Shown here piece by piece: positions 1 through 9,920 of a stretch of 64,000 bases of DNA. Both the position numbers and the translations under genes were made by a program. The notes beneath the pieces were generated by a model. The model was not told the DNA's origin and ran no database searches. It saw nothing but the letters and a program-made list of their open reading frames with translations. Positions within the stretch are counted from its first letter, which is position 1. Each line of letters begins with the position of its first letter. This stretch comes from an uncultured Alphaproteobacteria bacterium (GTDB lineage Bacteria > Pseudomonadota > Alphaproteobacteria > MPNO01 > UBA830). Where the stretch lies: contig CAJWSW010000004.1 of NCBI GenBank assembly GCA_913046035.1, positions 6,927 to 70,926 of the forward strand, given 5' to 3'.

Positions 1-250
1 CGAGAATATCCTTCATCCCTTGCGGCTTTACTGCAAAGACTACAATATTTGGCTCATAATCTGCATGAAGCTCTTCAGGCGAAGACAAAACGGATACCGA
101 TAAATCTGACCGCAACAGCGATACGTCCTCACTGTGCGGTTCGATAACACAAATGTTTGTGGGGCTAATTCCTTTCGCAAGCCAGCCACGCAACATCGCG
201 CTGCCCATTTTACCACACCCAACCAGAAGAATTTTGTATGGATTAAACAT
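1..250 (-). CDS. proC: pyrroline-5-carboxylate reductase, N-terminal part (the gene runs off the left edge)
   Basis: Reverse-strand reading from the ATG at 250 gives MFNPYKILLVGCGKMGSAMLRGWL...VVFAVKPQ. This has the Rossmann GxGxMG start and the VKPQ motif of ProC. It is absent from the ORF track because it has no stop inside the window. Confidence 0.8.
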   Translation of the reverse strand, partial: MFNPYKILLVGCGKMGSAMLRGWLAKGISPTNICVIEPHSEDVSLLRSDLSVSVLSSPEELHADYEPNIVVFAVKPQGMKDIL

Positions 251-290
251 GATGGCTACCCCTTCAGGCAATTAAGCAGATTTTCAGCCT

Positions 291-794
291 TCAGGCTTCG
301 CCTTCAGTCTCCAAAATTGCGGCTGCCATCGCTTCCTCTGGGCTTTTGCCACCCCAAATCACGAATTGGAATGCCGGATAGTACCGCTCACTCTCGGCAA
401 ACGCGATATCCACAATATCCTCGAGCTGCTCGCGACTCACGGACGCTGCACCACGCAACAAGAGTGCATGACGGAATACTGGCAAACCGTCATCCGACCA
501 AAGATCGAAATGCCCAACAAGAAGACGCTCGTTTATGATAGCAAGAAGTGGATGAATGGATTCTGACTTTTTATCTGGCACACGCATGTCAAAAGCGCAT
601 GCAAACAGTAATACATTTACATCGGCATGCCACGAAACAAACATTCGATAATCGCACCAGTGACCGGTAACTTCTACGGCAATGTCTTGTTCACTTGGAC
701 GTTCGAAAAGCCAATCGTTACTCGCTGCAATATGTTCAATCATATCTAACGGGTTTGGAAATGATCTTTCGTATTCTTTACTTAGAGCAGTCAT
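291..794 (-). CDS. YbjN-domain protein (putative sensory-transduction/chaperone-like protein)
   Basis: 167-aa ORF. Its sequence style and its position next to proC match the YbjN family as commonly seen in alphaproteobacteria. Confidence 0.65.
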   Translation of the reverse strand: MTALSKEYERSFPNPLDMIEHIAASNDWLFERPSEQDIAVEVTGHWCDYRMFVSWHADVNVLLFACAFDMRVPDKKSESIHPLLAIINERLLVGHFDLWSDDGLPVFRHALLLRGAASVSREQLEDIVDIAFAESERYYPAFQFVIWGGKSPEEAMAAAILETEGEA

Positions 795-984
795 GAAGCT
801 CCTGCGGGCAGAGTTGGATTAGGCTTCTTTCATGACTGCAATGGCCTTCGATACGCAACATGCAGCACTACAATAGAACACCAATACAATATGTAGGGTG
901 CCAGATAGCATTCTTAAGCGCAAGCACATTTGGGTTTTTAAGCGCGTTTGACAACAAAATGTAGTGGATAAGTAAAGCGGGTCC

Positions 985-1299
985 CTATTCAGTTTTTTGA
1001 GCGCTTTTCCTTGGCCGCATTTTTACGGATGACGCCTTTTTTACCGAGCGCGGCTTTGCTTTTGCAACCTCGAGCGCTGCTATCCGCGCTTCCAGTCGGT
1101 CATTTTCCTTGCGGGCGTTAGCTGCCATCTCCTTGACCGCATCGAATTCCTCGCGGGTGACGAAATCCATCCCAGCAAGAAACCTATCGAGTTGGTGTCG
1201 GACGAGGTTTTCTAATTCCCGCTTAACACCAGAAAGTGTCCCGATCGCACCACCAGCGACGCGAGCAGCATCTTCAAAAAATCGGTTGGGTGTAGCCAT
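985..1299 (-). CDS. ubiK: UbiK/BMFP family accessory factor
   Basis: 104 aa. It has the N-terminal FEDAARVAGGAIGTLSGV motif followed by the REEFDAVK coiled coil typical of UbiK. Confidence 0.8.
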   Translation of the reverse strand: MATPNRFFEDAARVAGGAIGTLSGVKRELENLVRHQLDRFLAGMDFVTREEFDAVKEMAANARKENDRLEARIAALEVAKAKPRSVKKASSVKMRPRKSAQKTE

Positions 1300-1433
1300 T
1301 TTTTAAGTCTCCATAATCACCTAAATAGAAATGGTCATCGATGCCATACATGACAAGGGAAGCTGCGCGATTTGCGACTTCCGCCAACGGAACTTATAAC
1401 AAGTAAAATCAGATTGCGAAGCGGGAAATATGT

Positions 1434-2420
1434 ATGATCATCGTCACTGGCGGCGCCGGTTTTATTGGCTCCCAACTAATTAAACAACTCGAAGCGCGAA
1501 CTGCTCCAGAAATCGCGGTGTGTGACATACTCGGCACCGATGACAAATGGAAGAATATCGCGAAGCGGGAAATTGCATGCATTGTGGCGCCTGACGACCT
1601 GACCACTTTTTTGAATGATAACGCCGCGAATATCGAAACGGTGTTCCATATGGGCGCGGTTTCCTCGACCACTGAACGCGATGTAGATCTTATTGTCAGA
1701 TCAAATTTCACACTGTCGATGACACTCTGGGAGTGGTGTGCCAGAAACAATGTAACGATGATTTACGCATCGTCGGCGGCAACTTATGGAGATGGAACTC
1801 AAGGATTTAAGGGTGATGATACCGTCGAGGGCTTAGCGAGACTGCGGCCAATGAACGCCTATGGCTGGTCGAAACATGTCTTCGACAGGCGAATAACCCG
1901 TATCGTCTCAGAAAATGGCCCGCGCCCCCCGCACTGGGCTGGCCTAAAATTCTTCAACGTTTACGGCCCAAATGAATATCATAAGGGCAATATGATCAGC
2001 GTCGCGCTGAAAAATTTCAACGAAATCAATGAAACTGGTCGAGCCATGCTTTTTCGGTCTCACAACCCCAAATTCAATAATGGTGGCCAAAAGAGGGACT
2101 TTGTCTGGGTTGAAGACTGCGCCAACATCGCCATCTGGCTATCGGAAAACCCTTCCGCTCAAGGAATATTTAATGTCGGAACCGGCGAGGCTCGCACATT
2201 CGAGGATCTTGCACGGTCAGTTTTCAAGGCCATGGGCAGACAAGCGGATATTGGGTTCATCGATACACCGGAAAATATTCGTGATCGATACCAATATTTC
2301 ACTCAAGCCGACATGTCAGCGTTGAAAAATGCGGGATATAACGGAACCGCAACAACGCTTGAGAACGGGGTCGAAAGATACGTTCGCGACTTTTTGATGA
2401 CCAGCGACCCGTATGCCTAA
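1434..2420 (+). CDS. hldD: ADP-L-glycero-D-manno-heptose 6-epimerase
   Basis: MIIVTGGAGFIGS start, YASSAATYG, FFNVYGPNEYHKG, KRDFVWV and RYQYFTQAD all align with E. coli HldD. Confidence 0.9.
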   Translation: MIIVTGGAGFIGSQLIKQLEARTAPEIAVCDILGTDDKWKNIAKREIACIVAPDDLTTFLNDNAANIETVFHMGAVSSTTERDVDLIVRSNFTLSMTLWEWCARNNVTMIYASSAATYGDGTQGFKGDDTVEGLARLRPMNAYGWSKHVFDRRITRIVSENGPRPPHWAGLKFFNVYGPNEYHKGNMISVALKNFNEINETGRAMLFRSHNPKFNNGGQKRDFVWVEDCANIAIWLSENPSAQGIFNVGTGEARTFEDLARSVFKAMGRQADIGFIDTPENIRDRYQYFTQADMSALKNAGYNGTATTLENGVERYVRDFLMTSDPYA

Positions 2421-2429
2421 GAAGCGGAA

Positions 2430-3227
2430 ATGCTGACCCTTACCTTTCCAGCAATCGACCCAGTCATAGTCGAGATTGGTCCCCTCGCTATCCGCTGGTA
2501 TGCATTATCCTATATCGCAGGAATACTGCTGGGCTGGCGCTATATGATTTGGCTTGCGAGGCGTTCGCCTGTCGACCTCACCAAGGAACATATCGATGAT
2601 TTCGTTATTTGGGTAACCCTAGGCATAATTTTTGGAGGACGGCTTGGGTATGTAATTTTCTATAAGGCTGAATTCTATATGCAGAACCCGTTCCAGGCGC
2701 TAGCCGTTTGGCAGGGCGGCATGTCGTTTCATGGGGGTCTGCTCGGCGTCGTCCTCGCAACTTGGCTCTTCTGCCTACGCCGCGGTTATTCGTTGGTCGC
2801 CGTGGGTGACATACTAGCCTGTACCGCGCCACTTGGCTTATTCTTTGGCCGCATCGCAAACTTCATTAATGGTGAGCTTTATGGCCGGATCACCGATTGG
2901 CCGATTGGGATGGTATTTCCGGGAGGTGGGCATTTGCCACGTCATCCGAGCCAACTTTATGAAGCGTTTTTAGAGGGTCTTTTCCTTTTGCTTGTACTGT
3001 TCTGGTTGGCAAAAAGACCTGGTACCTTCCGCAAGCGCGGCTTGTTAGCGGGCGTATTTTTATCAGGCTATGCAGCCGGCAGAATAATCGCAGAATTATT
3101 TCGACAGCCCGACCCCCATATAGGTTTCCTCGCTTATGGCACCACGATAGGCCAGTGGCTATCAATGCCACTTTTTTTTGTGGGCGTTTGGTTGTTTTTG
3201 CGTTCGCTTAAGCATGAACCCTCTTGA
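2430..3227 (+). CDS. lgt: prolipoprotein diacylglyceryl transferase
   Basis: 265-aa polytopic membrane ORF with Lgt-like motifs (RWYALSYI, GRIANFINGELYG). Confidence 0.9.
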   Translation: MLTLTFPAIDPVIVEIGPLAIRWYALSYIAGILLGWRYMIWLARRSPVDLTKEHIDDFVIWVTLGIIFGGRLGYVIFYKAEFYMQNPFQALAVWQGGMSFHGGLLGVVLATWLFCLRRGYSLVAVGDILACTAPLGLFFGRIANFINGELYGRITDWPIGMVFPGGGHLPRHPSQLYEAFLEGLFLLLVLFWLAKRPGTFRKRGLLAGVFLSGYAAGRIIAELFRQPDPHIGFLAYGTTIGQWLSMPLFFVGVWLFLRSLKHEPS

Positions 3228-4308
3228 GACTTTAATTCGTGAACGGATAACGGCTGGTGGGCCGATGCCAGTCTCAGAATTTATGGCCCTTGCCTTGGGG
3301 CACCCAAAATACGGTTATTATAATAAAGGCGATCCTTTTGGTGTCGACGGCGATTTCACCACATCACCGGAAATCTCGCAGGTCTTTGGGGAATTGATCG
3401 GTCTATGGGCAGCAGTAACGTGGCAGCAGATGGGCTCCCCAGAAAAAACGATCCTTATCGAGTGCGGTCCGGGCCGCGGAACATTAATGAAAGATGCGCT
3501 CCGCGCGGCTGCGAATGTCCCGATTTTTGCAGAGACGATTGATATCCACCTTGTTGAGACCAGCGAGACGCTTAGAGCCTGTCAGGCCAAGACATTATCC
3601 GCTCACCGGGCGACGTGGCATAACACGATCGAGACGATACCAGAGGGACCGAGCATTTTCATCGCCAATGAATTTTTCGACGCCCTCCCAATTCGACAAT
3701 TTCAAAAAGAGCTGGGCGGATGGTCGGAGCGTTGCATTGTTCTGTTTGACGGAGCACTCTCTTTCGAGTCACATCTGCTTACAGAGGAGCCCTTTGGCCT
3801 GCCGCGATATACAAATGTGGGAGATGTATATGAAATCTGCCCTATGGCGCTTACGTTCGTTGACCAGATCGCCGCGCGGCTATTACAGCAGCCGGGGGCA
3901 GCCTTGATTATAGATTACGGGTACGAGCGTGCTATGCCAGGTGATAGTCTCCAAGCTGTGCGCCATCATACATTTACCGATCCACTTACCGACCCAGGAA
4001 ATTCAGACCTGACTGCGCATGTCAATTTCGGCGCACTAGCGGGTATCGCTACGCATGCGGGTTGCACTGTGTTCGGACCAGTCCGCCAAGCCACGTTTCT
4101 AAGAGCGCTTGGGATTTTGGAACGTACTCAGACATTACTTGGAAATGCCCTACCAAACCAGGCAGGCCACATACATGCCGCTACGCAAAGACTGATTGAT
4201 CCACTAGGGATGGGCAGTTTATTTAAAGTAATGACAATCTCTCATCCTGGCGCCGCTTCACCCGCTGGTTTTGAGAAACATCCCGAGAAAAAGGGTTTGC
4301 AGGAATGA
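3214..4308 (+). CDS. class I SAM-dependent methyltransferase, NDUFAF7/MidA (DUF185) family
   Basis: The ATG at 3214 overlaps the lgt end. The protein carries the FTTSPEISQVFGEL and ECGPGRGTLM motifs. The lgt-MidA-pgeF order is conserved. Confidence 0.8.
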   Translation: MNPLETLIRERITAGGPMPVSEFMALALGHPKYGYYNKGDPFGVDGDFTTSPEISQVFGELIGLWAAVTWQQMGSPEKTILIECGPGRGTLMKDALRAAANVPIFAETIDIHLVETSETLRACQAKTLSAHRATWHNTIETIPEGPSIFIANEFFDALPIRQFQKELGGWSERCIVLFDGALSFESHLLTEEPFGLPRYTNVGDVYEICPMALTFVDQIAARLLQQPGAALIIDYGYERAMPGDSLQAVRHHTFTDPLTDPGNSDLTAHVNFGALAGIATHAGCTVFGPVRQATFLRALGILERTQTLLGNALPNQAGHIHAATQRLIDPLGMGSLFKVMTISHPGAASPAGFEKHPEKKGLQE

Positions 4309-5075
4309 TTGAATCTGATCTTTTCGCAGACAGCACTTCTCTTCGGCATAAGTTTTTCACCCGAGAAGGTGGTGTAAGTGATGGACTATATGCATCGCTT
4401 AATTGCGGCATTGGGTCCTCCGATAGAGTAGAAAACGTCTTTGAGAACAGACGACGCGCTTCCGAAGCTCTTGGTGTCAGCTTAAGCCGGCTTGTCACTT
4501 TATCTCAGGTCCATGGTGCAAATGTCATTGCTGTGAGCGATCCGGCAGAGGTGCTTGCCAATCGCCCAGAGGCCGATGCCATGGTTACGGGTCAACCGGA
4601 CGTAGCGTTGGGGATTTTAACCGCAGATTGCGCACCGGTGTTATTAGCAGAGCCGGCATCCAATATTATTGGTGCAGCGCATGCTGGTTGGAAAGGTGCA
4701 TTATCTGGTGTTATCGAAAACACGATCTCAGCGATGCAAAAACTTGGCGCCCTGCGAGAAAATATCATAGCCTGCGTAGGTCCATGCATCGCCCAGGAAT
4801 CCTACGAAGTCGGACAAGAAATGCAGGCCCAATTCTTTAAATCAGACCCCTCCGCCTCAAGGTACTTTCTGCCGAACCCGGAAAACGGAAAAAATCAATT
4901 CGATCTTCGCGGGTACGTTTTGTCGCGGCTTGCCAATTCAGGGGTAACCATCCGAGGGGCGGTAAAGATGGATACGTATGCTCGTGAAGATTTATTTTTT
5001 AGCTACCGCAGGGCCTGCCATCGCGGAGAGGAAGACTATGGACGCGGCTTATCCGCAATCGTGCTAGGGCACTAA
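4305..5075 (+). CDS. pgeF: peptidoglycan editing factor / YfiH laccase-domain protein
   Basis: 256 aa with the QVHG, TADCAPV and HAGWKG motifs of the YfiH/PgeF family. An ATGA overlap joins it to the upstream gene. Confidence 0.85.
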   Translation: MIESDLFADSTSLRHKFFTREGGVSDGLYASLNCGIGSSDRVENVFENRRRASEALGVSLSRLVTLSQVHGANVIAVSDPAEVLANRPEADAMVTGQPDVALGILTADCAPVLLAEPASNIIGAAHAGWKGALSGVIENTISAMQKLGALRENIIACVGPCIAQESYEVGQEMQAQFFKSDPSASRYFLPNPENGKNQFDLRGYVLSRLANSGVTIRGAVKMDTYAREDLFFSYRRACHRGEEDYGRGLSAIVLGH

Positions 5076-5586
5076 CGCGCAGTGCCTCATATGATCATAT
5101 TTTTGATGGCCCTTCTACTTGGCTTACTAGTAAGCTGTTTTGTGTAGCAATCTGCGGGTCATTTTTACCCCCACGCTCTTAGCCTTCCAAGTGCATGCTG
5201 ACAATTCCTGCTGGTATTTTAGCCCAATCAAAGAGGAAAAGAGAACAACCCACTAATAAGACTTCCTGACCTGCATTCATCCCAATCCATTCGGTTACAG
5301 ACCTACCTGCAGGCATCGCGCACGCGTTTTCTGCCGCTGATTTAGCGTTGTTGATAAGGAACAACTTTTCTCCATCTGCGAATGGTTGCAAGCTGCGCAA
5401 ATTGCGGGCTCAACAATTGAAAAATATTTCAGAGATATGTTGAAGGTGTCTGAACCGATGAGAATCGGCTAACGTTTACACCCCACTTCGGCGCTGGTAT
5501 TTTTATTTTGCGCCATTTCGAATTAAGGTCGGCGCTGAACATTTTTAAACCGGCGGATGCAAAGCCGAAACCGGAAGATTTCGCCC

Positions 5587-6519
5587 ATGAAAATTGTCGC
5601 GTGCAACAGCAACCGCCCGATGTCGGAGGCGATTGCGGCCTGTCTAAATTTACCCCTCACGAAAGCCAGTGTCCGAAGGTTCTCGGACATGGAATGTTTT
5701 GTCGAAATTCAGGAAAATGTCCGCGGCGAAGATGTATTTATTATCCAGTCCACATCGTATCCTGCCAACGATCACCTGATGGAATTATTAGTGGCACTCG
5801 ACGCTGTCCGTCGTGGCTCTGCTAGCCGGATTACGGCGGTCATGCCTTACTTTGGCTATGCGCGACAAGATAGGAAATCAGGCCCACGGACACCAATTTC
5901 GGCTAAGCTAGTTGCTAATCTGATCACAGTCGCGGGCGCGGACCGCGTGCTTACGATGGACCTACACGCGGGCCAAATACAAGGTTTCTTTGATATCCCA
6001 CTAGACAATCTTTTTTCGGCACCCGTCTTTATCAGCCACATTGAAGAAAACTTCAAAAAAGAAGATCTTATTATGGTCTCGCCGGATGTTGGAGGCGTAG
6101 TCCGGGCGAGGGCATTTGCGAAACGTCTGGAAACAGATCTTGCGATCATTGATAAAAGACGTGAGCGTGCGGGCGTTTCTGAGGTGATGCATATAATTGG
6201 TGACGTGAAAGATCGCACCTGCATACTGGTCGATGATATCGTGGACTCAGGTGGTACGCTCTGTAACGCTGCAGAGGCCCTTATTGATGCAGGCGCCAAA
6301 GCAGTGCACGCTTATATAACGCATGGCGTCCTATCAGGAGGAGCAGTTAGTCGCGTCTCGTCTTCACCGCTGGAGACGATGGTAATTACGGACTCTATTC
6401 TTGGCACCGAAGCTGTGCGAGTTGCCAGCAACATACAACAAATTTCGGTAGCACCACTCATAGGCGAAGCGATTGAACGGATAAGCGACGCTCGCTCCGT
6501 TTCGAGCCTTTTCGACTGA
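5587..6519 (+). CDS. prs: ribose-phosphate pyrophosphokinase
   Basis: The ATG at 5587 gives a 310-aa Prs ([31 protein letters not shown]). Confidence 0.92.
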   Translation: MKIVACNSNRPMSEAIAACLNLPLTKASVRRFSDMECFVEIQENVRGEDVFIIQSTSYPANDHLMELLVALDAVRRGSASRITAVMPYFGYARQDRKSGPRTPISAKLVANLITVAGADRVLTMDLHAGQIQGFFDIPLDNLFSAPVFISHIEENFKKEDLIMVSPDVGGVVRARAFAKRLETDLAIIDKRRERAGVSEVMHIIGDVKDRTCILVDDIVDSGGTLCNAAEALIDAGAKAVHAYITHGVLSGGAVSRVSSSPLETMVITDSILGTEAVRVASNIQQISVAPLIGEAIERISDARSVSSLFD

Positions 6520-6588
6520 AAGGATGTTTACAGGAACTGTTGCGAACTTGGTTTGACTAAACAATCGCAAGCCGTTACAAGATCTCGC

Positions 6589-6617
6589 CCCGCCCAGGAT
6601 TTGGCGGGTTTTGTTGT
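6589..6617 (+). terminator. rho-independent terminator after prs
   Basis: The stem CCCGCC (6589-6594) pairs with GGCGGG (6603-6608) across an 8-nt loop. The run TTTTGTTGT follows. Confidence 0.55.
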
Positions 6618-6662
6618 GGCCAGCACCCCTGGAGGCTGGCGCGTTGACCAAAAGGAGATAAC

Positions 6663-7346
6663 ATGGCAGAGGTTGAAACAGTACCCGCCTCGCCGCGACA
6701 GGCTGCAGGTAAGGGGTCCGCACGCCAGGCTCGCCGGGATGGACAGGTACCCGCCGTAATTTACGGCAACAAAGAAGACCCTATCACATTAATGGTAGAA
6801 AAGCGGATTTTGGTTCGTGAACTTTCAAACCCGCAATTCTACATTCAACTTATCGATGTAGAGATCGAAGGTAAAAAGCATCGCGTCCTTCCACGCGATG
6901 TGCAGTTTCACCCGGTATCTGATGCGCCAATGCATGTTGATTTTTTGCGTTTCGATCCCAAACGTAAGATTAGCGCCAGCGTACCAGTATCATTCGAAGG
7001 TGAGGGAGATAGCCCAGGTCTAAGATCCGGCGGCGTTTTGAACGTCGTGCGCTACGAAGTCGAGGTGGCATGCACCGCAGATAATATTCCGCCTGAGCTA
7101 GTATTACAGCTCGAAGGACTAGAGGTCGGTGACACTGTCCACGCAAGTAGTGTTTCACTGCCAGACGGCGTTGAATTTGTAATCTCTGACCGCGATTTTA
7201 CGATCGCCACAATAGCGGCGCCAACCGTCATTATAGAGCAAACCGCAGAAGAAGCAGATAGTGAAGATGGGGCCTCTGGCGATGTGGGCGCTGACGGATC
7301 CGATGATGGTTCATCAGGATCGGATGATGGTGGAGAAAGCGCCTAG
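6663..7346 (+). CDS. rplY: 50S ribosomal protein L25 / general stress protein Ctc
   Basis: 227 aa with an L25/Ctc N-domain (RRDGQVPAVIYG) and an acidic Ser/Gly/Asp tail. AAGGAG lies upstream. Confidence 0.9.
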   Translation: MAEVETVPASPRQAAGKGSARQARRDGQVPAVIYGNKEDPITLMVEKRILVRELSNPQFYIQLIDVEIEGKKHRVLPRDVQFHPVSDAPMHVDFLRFDPKRKISASVPVSFEGEGDSPGLRSGGVLNVVRYEVEVACTADNIPPELVLQLEGLEVGDTVHASSVSLPDGVEFVISDRDFTIATIAAPTVIIEQTAEEADSEDGASGDVGADGSDDGSSGSDDGGESA

Positions 7347-7388
7347 TCTTGTCCGTATCGTGTGGTCTATGGCACCGGGCCATGCGCT

Positions 7389-7985
7389 ATGCTGATTTTC
7401 GCAGGGTTGGGCAACCCGGGTCCAAAACACGCCAGACAACGTCACAACATCGGTTTCATGGCGGCTGATGAAATCATCCGCCGCTATGGATTATCTCTGC
7501 GACAGTCTCGCCATCATAGTTATGTCGCAGAAGGAAAAATCGCAGGCGAAAAAATTCTTTTGCTGAAGCCTAAGACTTTCATGAACGAGTCTGGCCGTGC
7601 GCTAGGGTCTGCTGTGCGATACTATAAAACGCGTCCAGGCGCAGTCACAATATTTTATGACGAACTTGATCTAACACCCGGCAAAGTGCGAGTAAAATTG
7701 GGCGGCGGTCACGCAGGCCATAACGGTATACGAAGCATTTCGTCCCATATCGGGCAAGACTTCCGTCGTGTTAGAATTGGAATTGGACATCCCGGTGACA
7801 AAAAGCAAGTGCATGGCTACGTACTGTCCAATTTCCTGAGAGCGGAGCAAATCTGGGTGCAAAAGACAATTGATGCCATAGCCGAAGCTTTGCCAATACT
7901 CATCGATGGTGACAATGTCGGTTTTATGACAAAGGTCGCTTGTTTGGCGCCACCTCTCGTCATTGACCAAAAGGGTATGTCTTAA
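7389..7985 (+). CDS. pth: peptidyl-tRNA hydrolase
   Basis: MLIFAGLGNPG...RHNIGF and GHNG motifs are present. The track ORF starts at an upstream GTG, and the ATG at 7389 fits homologues better. Confidence 0.9.
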   Translation: MLIFAGLGNPGPKHARQRHNIGFMAADEIIRRYGLSLRQSRHHSYVAEGKIAGEKILLLKPKTFMNESGRALGSAVRYYKTRPGAVTIFYDELDLTPGKVRVKLGGGHAGHNGIRSISSHIGQDFRRVRIGIGHPGDKKQVHGYVLSNFLRAEQIWVQKTIDAIAEALPILIDGDNVGFMTKVACLAPPLVIDQKGMS

Positions 7986-9085
7986 TGGGCTTCCAATGCG
8001 GTATTGTAGGCCTTCCGAATGTGGGCAAATCTACCCTATTCAACGCCTTGACCGCTTCCGCAGGAGCGGAGGCCGCAAACTATCCATTCTGCACTGTGGA
8101 GCCAAACTCAGGCCGGGTCGCAGTCCCTGATGATCGACTCAAAGTAATTGCGAGCCTTGCGAAATCGAAGAACATTGTGCCAGCACAACTTGAATTCGTA
8201 GATATCGCCGGTCTGGTAAAGGGTGCAAGCCAAGGCGAAGGGCTCGGCAACCAGTTTTTGGGGCATATACGTGAAGTTGCAGCTGTCGCACACGTTCTTC
8301 GATGTTTCGAAGGTGATGAGGTGACACATATTTCCGGCAGGGTCGATCCATTAGCAGATGCCGAGGTAGTAGAAACCGAACTGCTCCTCGCAGACCTGCA
8401 AAGCCTTGAACGCCGCAAAGATCCTCTAATTAAGAAATCACGCGGTGGCGACACTGAAGCAAAGGCAATGCTCAACCTTGTAGAACGAGCAACATTATTG
8501 CTCCAAGAGGGCCAGCCTGCCCGGGCTATGGAAATCAGCCATGCCGAGACGCGTTTATATAAAGAGATGCAATTATTGTCTTCTAAACCTGTTATGTATG
8601 TCTGTAATGTCGACGAAGACTCAGCAGCAAAAGGAAATGCCTTGTCGGCCAAAGTTGCTGAAAAAGCTGCGGCAGAGAATGCCGCCTGTGTAATCGTCTC
8701 CGCTGAGATTGAGGCGGAAGTCGCTTTACTCGATGATCCTGAAGAAAAACGGGAATTTTTAGCATCCTTGGGCCTTAACCGGACCGGGTTGGAACGAATT
8801 ATTCTTGCCGGATACGAATTACTTCAATTAATTACATATTTTACAGCTGGCCCAAAAGAAAGCCGTGCATGGACGATACCACGGGTCACAAAGGCGGTAG
8901 ATGCAGCCGGCGTCATTCACACCGACTTCGCCCGAGGCTTTATATGTGCAGAAACTATCGGCTACGAAGATTACGTTAAACACCAAGGCGAACAGGGTGC
9001 CAAAGGAGCCGGTCGTATGCTTCAGGAAGGCCGTGATTATGTCGTAAAGGACGGCGATGTACTCCTATTCCGTTTCAACGTCTAA
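7985..9085 (+). CDS. ychF: redox-regulated ATPase YchF
   Basis: GIVGLPNVGKST P-loop, 366 aa, and a TAATG overlap with pth. Confidence 0.95.
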   Translation: MGFQCGIVGLPNVGKSTLFNALTASAGAEAANYPFCTVEPNSGRVAVPDDRLKVIASLAKSKNIVPAQLEFVDIAGLVKGASQGEGLGNQFLGHIREVAAVAHVLRCFEGDEVTHISGRVDPLADAEVVETELLLADLQSLERRKDPLIKKSRGGDTEAKAMLNLVERATLLLQEGQPARAMEISHAETRLYKEMQLLSSKPVMYVCNVDEDSAAKGNALSAKVAEKAAAENAACVIVSAEIEAEVALLDDPEEKREFLASLGLNRTGLERIILAGYELLQLITYFTAGPKESRAWTIPRVTKAVDAAGVIHTDFARGFICAETIGYEDYVKHQGEQGAKGAGRMLQEGRDYVVKDGDVLLFRFNV

Positions 9086-9187
9086 TCTGGCACTTTTGTA
9101 ATTTATTAAGCAAATAAGAACGACACCCTCATATTATAATTAGCCCACCTCGAAAGGGCTTATTCAGAGTTATAGAAAGGAAAAAAA

Positions 9188-9862
9188 ATGGGAGATAAAA
9201 TTTCACTGAAGGCATCTGATGGACACCAGCTTGACGCTTACAAAGCCGAACCATTGGGCACATCTAAAGGCGGGCTCGTGGTAATTCAGGAAATTTTTGG
9301 CGTTAATAGTCAGATACGCAGCACCGTCGATCATTTTGCTGGGCTTGGGTATGCGGCCATTGCTCCCGCACTATTCGATCGTGTTGGCAAAGATATCGAG
9401 CTCGGGTACAACGAAAATGACTTCGCAACAGGTCGCGAGACCCGCGGAGCAATCACTGATGAATGGATTACCGCTGATATTGGAGCCGCAGTTCAAGCCG
9501 TCGCGTCTGCCGGTAAGGTGAGCGTAATCGGGTTTTGCTTTGGTGGTTACGCCACTTTTGTAGCGGCCTGCACAGTAGAAGGTGTTTCAGCGGCCATGCC
9601 ATTTTACGGCGGTGGTATCGCTGCCAGGGTCAAAGATATGCAGCCCAAGTGCCCCACCCAGTTTCATTTTGGCGATAAGGACGCTGCTATACCCCTTGAT
9701 GATCTGCAAAAAATCAAGGACGCGCTGCAAGATAGTCCATTATATGTTTATGATGACTCCGGCCACGGCTTTACGTGCGACGACAGAGATTCATTCAACC
9801 CCGGCGCGACAGAAAGGGCTTTTGCTAGGGCCGTCGCTTGGATGGACGAACACGCCACCTAA
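9188..9862 (+). CDS. dienelactone hydrolase family protein
   Basis: 224 aa with the VIQEIFGVN and GFCFGG nucleophile-elbow motifs of carboxymethylenebutenolidase-type hydrolases. Confidence 0.8.
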   Translation: MGDKISLKASDGHQLDAYKAEPLGTSKGGLVVIQEIFGVNSQIRSTVDHFAGLGYAAIAPALFDRVGKDIELGYNENDFATGRETRGAITDEWITADIGAAVQAVASAGKVSVIGFCFGGYATFVAACTVEGVSAAMPFYGGGIAARVKDMQPKCPTQFHFGDKDAAIPLDDLQKIKDALQDSPLYVYDDSGHGFTCDDRDSFNPGATERAFARAVAWMDEHAT

Positions 9863-9920
9863 TTTGTAATGCTGGACAATTGGAGCTACTCTAAAAGCAT
9901 CCCTTTTTAGGTGGGCTTTC

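Noticed and set aside
5179-5400. 73-aa ORF on the minus strand in the prs upstream spacer.
   Set aside because: It has a TTG start, no SD and no recognisable family or motif. I treat it as non-coding unless homology is found.
8080-8652. 190-aa antisense ORF inside ychF.
   Set aside because: It has the Ser/Ala/Arg-rich composition typical of a shadow frame opposite a well-supported gene.
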